Shown: in pieces, positions 25,493 to 37,301 of the stretch | Numbering within the stretch: the stretch's first letter is position 1 | How the letters are laid out: each line of letters begins with the position of its first letter | Source: Mustelus asterias | Lineage: Eukaryota | Length of the DNA: 64,000 nucleotides | Direction: 5' to 3' | Assembly: GCF_964213995.1 (NCBI RefSeq) | Contig: NC_135813.1 | Location: forward strand, 60,078,001 to 60,142,000 | Notes under the pieces: model-generated | What the model was told of the DNA's origin: nothing | Database searches by the model: none | The model's input: the letters and a program-made list of their open reading frames with translations, nothing else | Program-made: the position numbers and the translations under genes

Positions 25493-25881
25493 TCCTCCCC
25501 TCTCTTTTTTCCCTTATCCCACTACCCACTTTTCCCGCTCCCTGCTTCTCCCGCTCCCCATTTTCTCCCTCCCCTTTTCTCCATCCACCTTTTGCCCTCC
25601 TCCCTTTTCCCCTCCTGATTTCATCCTCCCCAATTTCCCCTGCCCACATTCACCTCCCCATTTCTCCCTCACCATTCCCCCTCGCCTTTTCCCCACCCCC
25701 TTTTCCCTCTCCCCATTTCCCCTCCTCATTTCCTCCTCCCCACCTTTACCACTCCCTCTTTTTACCCTCTCTCTTTTAGCCCTCCCCCTTTAACCTCTCC
25801 CCTTACCCCTCCCCTTTCCCCTCCCCTCACACTCCCTCTCCTTCCTCTCCCCACCCCTCTTCATATCCCTTCCTCACCTCC
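25493..25881 (+). repeat. ~390-bp polypyrimidine (C/T) low-complexity tract
   Basis: Almost purely C/T on the + strand. Confidence 0.93.
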
Positions 25882-27100
25882 GTGTTTAGAGACAACAGAA
25901 TTGTCGTGTGAACGTTTGAAATATTTCACTGACGGTTGATATAGAAAAATACATTTTGTAAGAAACCTGATAAGATGAGGCAATTAAACATGTGAGTGCA
26001 GCTACTAAAGTAAAATGTTTAGTTAAAAGTTAACGTGGTATCAAAGTTTTCCGTCTATAACATTATTTTTGTTGATAAATGTGTTCCATTAAACTATGAA
26101 ATTCTACTAATATTTTATTGAACAAAAGAAAACATTGAAATATGGAATTATGCAAACGCTTTGTAGAAACACACAGAACAATTAATTATGAGAATTATAA
26201 ATCAATTGAGCAAGGGTAGAAGAATACTAATGATGAACACATTTAGGTTTTCCAAAGCCCAAAATATGAACTCTGCTTTGCTCAATTTCATGCAAATCAT
26301 GGTCTGAGAACCTCTGATTTCTCAGTTTCCCATGAAATGTACAGTTTCAATGTTCTAAATTAAAACACAGGAACACTTATAAAACGTTTTAAATAATATA
26401 ATGCAGATTCAAAGTGTTTCTCAGACTTGGCACATTATAAATTAAGACATATGAATACTTCTATGCATGCCATACATAAAGTTATATATTATATATAACT
26501 TGTTATATATATATTTAAGTTGTGGTTTAACAACTTTAGAACAAATAATCGACCCTGTTTATACATTAAATAATACTCATCTTCAATCATTAAAAAATAA
26601 AAAATATTTCTTAAATGAGCTAATAACAACAGCATCAACTACGTAAAATAAATACTTAAATATTTAAAATGCTTCAACATTGTAGGAGCTTTTCAGAGAC
26701 CAATGTATTATGCTTGCTTTTACGTGAGGGATTTCTCTTTATTAATTACAGCTCAGCAAGTATAAAGAACTCACGGAAACAGTTATTGTGATTGAAGACA
26801 TTCTTTATTGTCCAGGTGTGGTCAATGCGGATAAGAGAATTATTTAGGGAAGCCCAAATTATTCCAAATTACATTGTTAGCAGTATTACACTTAAACATT
26901 TTTCAGAAATCATCAGCCTGCCTACTCTGTTTATCCTAACCGGATGAGCCAATCATGTTGGTATGAATTATTTGGCCAGTAACATTCAACCCTCATGTAG
27001 TATAAAAATACATAGGTCTGTAGAGTCCGGAGGTTCTTGCCCACTGTCTCCTAACAGCCCTATATACCTAAGTCCATAGAGTTCAAAAGTTCGTTTCCCA

Positions 27101-27437
27101 ATGTCTACTGAGGAATTTGTTCGTGGGAAAATTGTATTATTCCATTCATTTGGCTGTCTGGGATTGCTCGAACTATCTGAGGCTGACGCTGATTAGAGAG
27201 TCATTTTCTACTTTACTTAGTGGCTGTAATGTTTTCATGGAATGTGGTTCTTTTTACTCAGCTATACCCCACCGTGCCTTGGGGCAGTGTGTAATTGGCC
27301 AAGGTGCACAGAATATTCAAAAATACATGTTTAAATTGTCTAACAGTGGTTATCTTTGTTTCTATGCAAACAGTACCTTTGTGACTCCAGGTACATTGTA
27401 CCTTTTCTGTACAATTATCTTTATCTTAATCGATTAG
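27101..27437 (+). other. Orphan ORF (~110 codons, probable 1-nt frameshift near start) behind CCAAT and TATA boxes
   Basis: CCAAT 26949, TATAAAA 27001, ATG 27101; stop-free frame 27117-27437 in AT-rich DNA. No family recognised. Confidence 0.35.
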
Positions 27438-29109
27438 TCTTTTAGTCTCAGGTTATCCTAAACTCCTCTAACAAAGACACATTTATAACAGCAGAGAAAT
27501 CCTTCTGTTTTCAATGTAAAATTGCAAGTTCCAAACTGGACCTTAATGGGCGTTTCAAGTCTGCGCGCATCATTAGGGGGCGTGGTGAGGACTCTCCTGC
27601 GTCGCGCTGGTTCTTGGGGAGATGGTTTCGCGGCGGGAGGATGCTGCTCCGATTGGAAGTTCGGGCACAATTTTTCAGACCAAGTAAGCGTCGAAACATT
27701 CTCTGGCCCATAAATTCCAATGGCCAATGTACGGTCGGCCAAAAATAGAAACAAATTGCATCGTTAGGTCTCCTGAACAACTGCGCCGAAACTACCGATG
27801 TATGCAGCAGGCTCGAACACACAACAAAGTCATCTGACCAGACCCCAGCGTGTGGGAAGAGATCCCTAACCATGCTGCCTTATGACGTGGCCAGCCTGGG
27901 AACGCCCTTTGAGGTCCAGGTTCCAAAAGGCAGTTTTGCATTTAAAACGGCCCCTGCTCTTAGAAAAGTACGTATTGGTATTTGCATTTAATCTTTTTTG
28001 CTATTTCTTTTAAGTAGTTCATACAGATGGCTCACCCAAACCGTATTTTGTTAAATTTATTGCAATTATTGAATATGGGTGTTATTTAATATGTATAAAT
28101 GAAAAAATGTGTTATTGGTTTAAAGTTGGTGAAAGTACTATTTAGAGTCATAGAATCATAGGGGTGAATTTTCCCTTTCCACCTGCCACACAATAAATCT
28201 TCCATACTAGCAATGTGAATGTGCAGTTTAACTTGGCCAAGAATGTAAAAGATGTGGGGTCGGCAAAAGATTTTAGGTTTCTCTCGACTTCTATTTCTGC
28301 TTAATTCAATGTAAAACCCTGTGCCCATTTATCATCAGTTTTACACAAAGTGAGAAATTCCACCATCAACTCCTCAACATTTAAGGACAAAAATCATTCA
28401 GATAATTAATTGTATTTTTTTCGTGTCTTGTATCCGAAGCATACTAGAGCGTTTTCAGAACAATTTTTATCAATGAGATCCTCATAATGATCACCGCGGC
28501 CATCCTCGCCACACGTTTCACACAAACAGCAACGCCACCAATCACGGGGTAACCTGTTTTCGCGCAAGGATGAGAGTATATCGAGACTCCCTCCAACGCT
28601 GCAATATTCAGTCATTTAGGTCCATCAAATCAGGATCTAGGTTTAATTCTAATCCAAAAGCTGTCACAACGGTCTTGGGCCACATTCCCTTCACTGGAAT
28701 ATCAGTGTAGATATCGCGGTCAGCTTCACGTGCGGGGTTGAAACGGTCTGAGCCAAGAGGTGAGAATCTCACAGGGTGCAACTACCCGAGAAACTGCAAC
28801 TACCTGTTCAGGATTATAACATAAAAGCTCATGAGTACAATCTGTCCCAAAACTGATCAAAAGTTCATCACACCAAAGCATATTAGCATAACTTTAATGT
28901 ATGCTTAACGTTTCTAGTTGTATTTCTAATTCTGACTGGCAAAGCAGCAACTCAATGTGGAAACATGGTTGATATGAACAGTCAAGATATATATATTTCA
29001 CACAATTCAGGGATAATGTTGCGAAATATAATGTACATATGTTGCTTTGTCCTGTAAAATCGAACTGAATCAATTATTGTTCAACTGCAATCGCTTTTTA
29101 GACTCAAAA

Positions 29110-29426
29110 CATAGAATGATAGAATCCCTACAGTGCAGAAGGAGACCATTCGGCCCGTCGAGTCTACACCAACCGCAATCCCGCCCAGGCCTTATTCTCG
29201 CAACCCCACATATTTACCCTGCTAATCCCCTGATACTAGGGTAAATTTGGCATGGTCAATCAACCTAACCTGCACATCTTTGGACTGTGGGAGAAAACCA
29301 CAGCACACGAAGGAAACCCACACAGACACGGGGAGAATGGGCAAACTCCACACAGATAGTGACCAAGCCAGCAATCGAACCCGGGTCCCTGGCGCTGTGA
29401 GGTAGCAGTGCTAACCACTGTGCCGC
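29110..29426 (-). mobile_element. HE1-like SINE inserted into the C-like mini-exon of unit 3
   Basis: SINE lies between the CTTTTTAG acceptor (ends 29101) and the remainder VSRIFLLQPSFEETAK (29434 onward). Confidence 0.9.
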
Positions 29427-29610
29427 TCTGTACGTCTCACGGATCTTCCTCCTTCAGCCTTCATTTGAAGAGACTGCCAAGCAAGGGGATTCTATCATGA
29501 CTTTTATATTCAGTGAATGCCAGAATTTTAGAATTATATTGTTTCGAAAATATCTCGTGTGAACAAATCAAATGTTTACAACGACTAACCCTCGTTTATT
29601 TTAAAAACAG

Positions 29611-29932
29611 ATCCGCAGAACCATCTGTCTTCGTCCTTCCTCCTTCATCTGATCAAACCACAGCGAAGAACACGGCGACCCTGGTGTGTTTGGTGAGCGG
29701 TTTTAAACCGGGAGCTGCGGAGATTGAATGGACTGTAGATGGCTGCGTCAGAGGGAATGGTGTTGAGACCACTCGGGTCCAGCAGGAGGCGGACAACACG
29801 TTCAGTGTGAGCAGTTATCTGACTCTGTCAGCCTCAGAGTGGAACTCACACGAGTTTTACTCCTGTCTGGTCAAACACGAGACTCAAGCAAACCCACTTA
29901 AAACAACCGTCTCCAGATCCAGCTGTATGTAA
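29611..29932 (+). pseudogene. Constant exon C3 with -1 frameshift at its 5' end
   Basis: Acceptor ends 29610. CCGCAGAACCA versus CCGCAGAAACCA in C1 and C4 makes the exon incompatible with a phase-1 J donor; the remainder is open to SRSSCM*. Confidence 0.85.
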
Positions 29933-31317
29933 ATTCAGAAACTGCTCTCGACCCAGCTGCGAATGTTTGTTCATTTCTGTTCATTTCTTTCATGTGACGA
30001 AAAGGGTAGAAATTGATCGTATTTCAGAAATTTAAGAAAATGGTCACCGCGGCTGGAGCTTCACGTTTTACCACTTGCTCTTCTAAAAGGATCTTCGAAC
30101 GAAACTTTGTCGGTGTTCAGTGAAACCTCGTTGTTTATCAATTTACTTTTATGCATCCGACAATCTTAATTAAAATGCAACAATGTGATTATTGCTATTT
30201 AAGTGTCTACTCACTATTTGACATCCACGATACAACTGTTCAATAAAATAACTAACATCAAATGCAATGCAGCTTACCGTATCTTTTATAGCTATTTGCA
30301 AGATAAGTCAAATCTAATACTTTTTCTGTATTATTCAAACTTACGTAAGACATAATATTTATCAACATTTCCTGTTAACTTTAATATCTAAGTTTTTGTT
30401 CATACTCCCTTTCATCAAATCTCAGAATTCGTTGTTACCCCTTTTAATATTTAAAAACTCCTTGTATTTGGCTTCTCTCTATTTCTCTGCTGATATACAC
30501 ATTAAATTTAGCTGGAAAAAGATCCGCCACGGTTATAGAGTCAGGTGAAATACCTCTGCTCATCTTGTCCCCACTGGAAATGTGCCCGTGTGTGTGCGTC
30601 TGTGTTTGTGAGAAGGTATATTGTCTTTCCAAAACAAGCTGTATGCCCGAAGATTGGGAGGTTTTTAGCATTCTGAAAGAAGGACCAAGAAATTCAAACA
30701 GTATCAGGAAACAGTTCACAGACACAAGTCATGAAAACAGTTTGTAACATTTTCTAAGCATATATATCAAGGAAGGCATTAACGAATATGAATGTGGAAA
30801 GATTAGAGGCAAAATTCATTATGGAATTAAGGAGGTTAAACAAATTCTGGCTATCTGTTATCAAAATAGAAGACAGAAAAAAATCAGGAATGATCAGGAA
30901 TCAATGCTATATATAGCATTATAGATTAAGTTAAATAAGTCAGTTAAGTTAATAAGTCATACAGATGAAACTCATGAGAATATGTTTTGATGACTACATG
31001 ATATTTTAATCGAGGTAACTGCGTGGATTGATATCGAACTTCCAGAATCTCTTAGATACTAGAACTGTTTCCAAGGATTGGAAAGGAGAAAACGTAACCA
31101 TCTGATTAGAAAAAAAAAAGGAATGAATATACTGGAGAACTGTCAGCCCGTTAATCTATTATCAGCGAAAGGCAAAAAAATTAGAACAAGTGGATGTTCA
31201 TGAGTTTGAGTATTTCCACAAAAACAGTAAATTAGGTGCCACACAAGAGTTTATTACAGATTACTTGTGCCAATGGGAAGGGAATGAATATATTAGTATT
31301 ATTTGAGATTGCTGAAA

Positions 31318-31588
31318 AAGTTTATCGATTAGTCACAAGTAGGCTTCCAGTCACACTGCAATGAAGTTGCTGTGAAACCCCCCTAGTCTCCACACGCTTG
31401 TTCGGGTACACTGAGGGAGAATTTGGCATGGCCAATGCACCTAACCAGCACAACTTTCGGACTGTGGGAGGAAAGCCATGGAGACACAGGAAAAACATGC
31501 AGATGCCACACAGACAGTGACCTAAGCCCGGAATCGAACGCGGGTCCCTTTCGGCAGCAGTGCTAACCACTGTGCCACCGTGCCGCCC
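31318..31588 (-). mobile_element. tRNA-derived SINE
   Basis: Minus strand reads GGGCGGCACGGTGGCACAGTGGTTAG...GTTCGATTCC. Confidence 0.88.
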
Positions 31589-32994
31589 AGAGGAAATAGG
31601 AATTAATTGGCCAATTGCGGGATTGAGGCTGTAACTAGCAGGGTGTCGTTACGATCAGTATTTGCATTCCAACAATTTACAATATATTTGCAATCTTAGG
31701 TATTCTCTACCTCAGAGAGTTATGGAAGTGCAGTGTTTGTGAATATCCAGGTGAGAGCTTGATTGATTTTGGATATTAAGTGAATGATCGAATTTGGGGA
31801 TAGCACAGGAAGATGGAGTTGAGATACATGATTAATCCTGATGCTGCTGAATGGCGCAGTAGAATCGAATGGCAAAATATCCTTTTTCCTGCTCCTATTT
31901 CCTTTGTCCTCATGTCCAGTCATTCAGTGTTTCCTGGTGTTAATTACTGACGAAGGATTTAGGCAGGAATTTTGTTTAAATTGACTTCACCCATGGAGAT
32001 CAATCACAAGTTAAATAGATTTATTAAAGCTAAATAAAAACTGTTGGCGCATAATTTTAATAGAGGCAATGAAAGCGTGAAACCCGATCTTTGCTTGTGC
32101 ATCTGTCTGATAATGAGGACTTCATCACAAACTAAATAATATCCATATTCATTTGCGTAGCGGATTAGCCAATGCGCCATTTGATCAGGCTCTGTTCGGT
32201 AACCTGCACACCCACGATATCTGATCTGTCAGTTGAGGAGCTCTCTGTATGATACTGTTCATAGTAGCATAGCCGCAGCTACACGTATTTAGCAATTCAA
32301 TTGATGAATACCAAAGGGTTTGGCAACAAAAGAAATACCGATACATAACCCATCGTTTTCAGTTCACTTGCACGAATTCACAGCATCAACATAATTGCAT
32401 TTATTGCTTTTAGCCTGGCACGGTGGACTGAGTCATTCTTCAGATAAGAGATCAAACCCAGTCTCCATCTGCTCTCCCAAGTGGATGTTAAGAAATCCCT
32501 GAACGTATTCGAAGAAAACAAGGGAAGTTAATTGGTACAGGGTATCCTGTACCAGTATTTTGCCCTCACTGGACATGATTAGAAATAATTATTTTGTCTT
32601 TATGAAGTTCCTATTTGCGGAAGTTTGCTCCGTCACTACAGTGACTGCCCTTCAAAAAGCATTTCAGTAACCGCGAAGCGTTTTAGGACTTCCTGGTAAC
32701 GTACAAAGTGTTATATAATTGCAATGAGGAAAATTGGCAAGGCGATGGGAAAAGGCCGTTGTCGAGAATGAATAGGACGACACTCTTGCCACATTACAAC
32801 TCTTTTGGGTAAATCCGCACTTGAGTGCCTTGTACGTTTTTTCTTACCCTGGGACCAACATATTACAGCAATTGAAGCGACAAGATTATTGTGGTGATAG
32901 AGAGCTCGCATGATGATGAGCAATAATGTAAGTTTGTCTGCCCTGACTGGATACGAGAAGTCCGAGAACAGATTGACTTGATTTTTTTAGGATT

Positions 32995-33430
32995 CTAAGG
33001 TAACTAACTAATGGCTTGAATATTTCCGGTACCAACGACAATGAAATAGACGTCTGTTAATGTCATTACTCCACTGAAATTCACCATTATGTTCCGGAGT
33101 CCCCACTTCCGGAATTGAAAGCGGCAAATCAAATGTTGTTGTTCCTTAAATTAGCTGACGGAGCCTGTGCTGTTGAGCTTCCCCGAGAGCAATGAATTCG
33201 GAATTGCTGAACTGTCAAGAACGTCCACTGCCATTAGTTTCACAGTAGAATCCTTGGTTTACAGATTATTGATTAGGGTGTTCCTGGGCTTTTAACGGCG
33301 GACGAATTTATAATTACTATCAAAAAGGTTCACTGGCCTTGAAATAGAAATATTGTTGAATGTCAAGTGTTCTCATTATGAAAAAGAATACCTCATGGCA
33401 ACATGTTTTTAAAGCTTATTTATGGTCAAG
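32995..33430. repeat. Spacer segment duplicated at ~37475-37900
   Basis: ATATTTCCGGTAC...TGAAATT...GGAGTCCCCAC.TCCGGA shared. Partial homologues at ~22390-22545 and ~55990-56430. Confidence 0.7.
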
Positions 33431-35071
33431 GCACACAAAAAGGTCACCACAGACAACAGGGCACGGCAGACAGAAGGCGGCCTACTCCTCTGCTGTGGAT
33501 CCTGGGCAGAAACCGAGACCGAGAGCTGGGTTTAGGAAAGTAAAGAGAGTTTAGTTGCAGCGAGTGGTCACTGGTATTATGAGGCAATTATAGATAGTGA
33601 GCATTCATGCAATGATTAATCCACCGTTGTCAATATATTAAACCTCATTTTTTTCACCCTATTTGTACCTGCCAACTCTCATTAGATCTCTCCACGGACC
33701 CGCTGCCTGAGCTCCCGGGCCGCTTACCTCTGAACTCCCCCTCGAAAATGAGGCCGCCAAGTTCCTAGAATCTGCTGTAATACACGCGAGCTCGAGGTCG
33801 CGCCGCCGGGGGGACAAATAATTGAGCGTCGGGGCAGCTGACAGCCGGATGGCTCGCTAATGATATAATGTTAAATTCAAACGCACCCCCAAAAAAATAC
33901 TTTCTCGCGGGAAGCGCATCACGCCGATGGAAGGGGCTGGAAATATTCGCTGATGGAAATATCGCCGTCGGAAATCCTCTTTTCTTGGCTCCCGTGATAT
34001 CACCCCCCCCCCTCCCCCCGCCCCACCCCGCGCCCGCTCCTCCCCACCCCCCGAATCCACTGACGCCCGTTGCAAACTGCGGCCCAAAATCCCACCCAGT
34101 TGGCAAGTAAGTTAATTGCGGGTGTCAAGTGATCTTGTTAATAAATCAGAGGAAATAAATCCCTGAGCTTTTCACAGTAGTCTATTGCAACGAAATGGCC
34201 GCGAGTCTTTATTGCAACTAAATTTCAGGATCAAATAGTTCGAAATTCCCAATGAATTTTGAGATAATAGACTCAATTCGAACATTGTCATGTATTCCAC
34301 CCATTTTAATTCCGTTGTGTGGATATCCACAACATGTGACCGTTCTTTCTCCTGTTCCTGGAACGCTGAGTGCATTTGATCTTCCATTTTCATTAATGGA
34401 AGAGTTTCTGAAATGTTAATAAATTATGGGCCTGAACAACGAACACAGCAACTAGATAAATAGCGTCCAAAACTTCTTAAGGGAAGAAAGGAGGAAATTG
34501 TAGGAAATTGTAGGAAATCAGGCACAAATCTTCCAGGAACATCTGAAAATTGTGAGGTTTCTGTGGATGGGTCAGAAGCAGACTTTTTAAAGGTAGAAGA
34601 AGTGATGCATGAAAATAAAGGGCATGGATCTATCATCCATTGTGTGGAATATGACGGGAACATTTATTAAAGATAACAGCATGGAACATCAATATAGGAA
34701 CAAGATCAAAAAAGCAGGAAATTAGAACTATGAATGTGAGATCAGCGGCGCAACACCTTAGGTTTCTTTGGCTTGATAGCTTAAATGTCTTGCACTTGGA
34801 TTTCAGTGAAGCATTGCATACAGGTCTTCCGGAAATGGTTAGCACTGGAAGCGAAGGAATGATTGGAAATAATTTACAACGGAAAGAACTACAACCACGT
34901 GGGAAGGGTTAAACTGACTTATGTGTACAACCACGCCGAGTCTGACTGTAACAGGATTTCTTTCTGGCAGGATCTTACTGAGGTTAAATGAACAAAAGCA
35001 GTTAATTTTCATTCACTTAAACCCAGTCATTAAAGATAGAAAATACGTGAAAAGTTAAATCCGTGTCTGAA

Positions 35072-35622
35072 CTCTACTTTCTCAGAAGACGAAGGAAATT
35101 TGGCATGTCAGTTACGACTCTCACCAACTTTTACAGATGCACCATAGAAAGCATTATTTCTGGTTGTAGCACAGCTTGGTATGGCTCCTGCTCTGCCCAA
35201 GATGACAAGAAACTACAAAGGGTCCTGAATGTAGCCCAATCCATCAAGCAAACAAGCCTCCCATCCATTGACTCTCTCTACACTTCGCGCTGCCTCGAAA
35301 GCCGCCAGCATAATCAAGGACCCCACGCACCCCGGACATTCTCTCTTCCACCTTTTTCCGTCGGGAAAAAGATACAAAAGTCTGAGGTCACGCATCAACC
35401 GACTCAAGAACAGCTTCTTCCCTGTTGCTGTCAGACGTTTGAATGGACCTACCTCGCACTAAGTTAATGTTTCTCTACACCCTAGCTATGACTGTAACAC
35501 TACATTCTGCACTCTCTCTTTCCTTCTATATGAACGTATGCTTTGTCTGTATAGCATGCATGAAACAATACTTTTCACTGTATGCTCATACATGTGACAA
35601 CAATAAATCAAATCAAATCAAA
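35072..35622 (+). mobile_element. 3' end of Rex1/Babar-type LINE
   Basis: LYFLRR.RKFG...LTNFYRCTIESI.SGC.TAWYG...LQRV, IIKDPTHPGHSLF.L.PSGKRY, and a (AATCA)n tail. Confidence 0.85.
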
Positions 35623-36908
35623 AGCTTCACAAAAGCCTCGTCGACACAAAAACGCTGCAGAATTACAAATTAGATATGAGGCCGTTGCTTTTTTTTAGAT
35701 AAATTGAAAATAAATTGTAAAAAGTGAGATAAAGGAAAAGTTCACGGTTGAGTCCCTTGCTGGTAACTGCGGTTGTGGTAGATTTTTCTCCATGGTAGAT
35801 TTGGTATTCCCAACAGCTGAAGTCCAGGTGCAATTTCCAGAGACAATTTATTTTCAAAATGTCATTCCTCTTTTCCTAAAAAGTATGATTTTTGCACCTG
35901 AGCTTCTTGTCAATTGGAATTCACTATATATGTGCTGCGCTTTTAAACTGCAACGGACATAGGGTCTTAACTTGGGAGAAAACAGGAGTGAGAAGGTATT
36001 ACCATTCCACTGACAATATCTTCCCCACTACTGATTCAACAGCTTTCGTGGTGTCTCAAAAGATATTTCAACCATGGTTAGTCGAATCACACGACGCTCC
36101 TTCCCATAATGATTTCAGAAGGTATTTGCTTAACTGATATCCTTGTTTGCTTTGTAAACACCTCCATTAAACAGTTCCATATGTGTTTAACGTCCCATGA
36201 AAAGATCAGCCCCACTCATGCACAAATCACATAACGGTAAGTCGATCGAACCCAAATGCTTGTGTCCCCGTGATTATCACTGTCCATGCACATGTTACTA
36301 GATGTACAATAGTAGTATTTTGAAGACATATTTTGTTTAATAGCTCTATATATTACCTGGAACTAAGTGTCAAAAGCGCAATGACAACATTTTTGACTGG
36401 GGGATGCAGGGTAAGGAAGCCGATGGACTCCAAACTGAACAGTGAAACCAGGAAGACAATTTGAATGCACCTTGGAATTGGGCAAACACCTACTCGATGC
36501 AATTCAATATAGAGATATGCAAAGTGAGCAAAGTAATGCAGGAAGGAACTTTGGTTTAAAAAGCAAGAAAATGATGTGCATGCAAAATGAAAGAGAGCTG
36601 GGTTTCTGATTGAAAATGCATTTGAACGATCTCAGTGAAGCTTGCTGACAGTGATTGATGTAAATTAAAATTTGGGATCCATCAAAAGATCATTATCGAG
36701 CAGAAAGACAACTGCAATTTTGTCACTTTACAAGTCATCGGTAAATCCAGCACTGAAAGTGCCGTGTACAATTCCAATTACCAGGAGGCATATATGTATT
36801 ACAGCTTTTATGAGCATACAGAATGGAATTAACAGAATTATTGTGGTGTCAGAGAGATTGGATGGTTAGCAGAACTTATGGAAGTTGTGTCGACTTTGAG
36901 TGGAAATG

Positions 36909-37301
36909 AGAATCATAGAATCGCTACAGTGCAGAAGGAGGCTATTTGGTCCATCGAGTGTGCACCGACCAAAATTCCGCCTATTCAATTCAGTTCAATT
37001 CAATTCAACTTTACTGTCGTTATATAATGCACAAATACAAATACAATGAAAATTGAGCTTGCAAGTTCCCAAGATACAAAGAAAAAAAGTATTAACCCTA
37101 TTAGTCCCCCGACACCAAGGGGCAATTTAGCATGGTCAATCGACCGAACATTTTTGGAGTGTGGGAGGAAACCGGTGCACCCGGAGGAAACCCATGCAGA
37201 TACGGGGAGGAAGATCAAGCTTCACAGAGAGCGACCCGAAGCCAGAATTGAACCCAGGTCTCTGGCGCTGTGAGGCAGCAGTGCTAACCACTGTGCTGCC
37301 C
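36909..37301 (-). mobile_element. HE1-like SINE interrupted by a short insert (~36983-37095)
   Basis: SINE tail 36909-36982 and head 37096-37301 are separated by a (TTCAA)n-led fragment resembling another LINE tail. Confidence 0.8.

Larger units (their letters stand above)
24844..27668. mobile_element. Inverted-repeat-bounded insert (putative non-autonomous DNA transposon) with AT-rich cargo
   Basis: Left end GTGGCCCGGAATTTTC; right end reverse complement GTGCCCGAACTTCC. A 15/19 inverted match (24954-24972 vs 27540-27558) lies exactly 110 nt inside each end. No clean TSD. Confidence 0.55.
28190..30247 (+). pseudogene. IgL unit 3: V-less (distal J-C intron, C, 3'UTR)
   Basis: Homology to the unit-1 intron starts at ~28190 (= ~2235). 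No octamer promoter, leader or V upstream. AATAAA at 30242. Confidence 0.88.

Noticed and set aside
25479-25793. Pro/Phe/Leu-rich ORF and its Gly/Lys-rich antisense ORF
   Set aside because: Translation of a low-complexity C/T tract.
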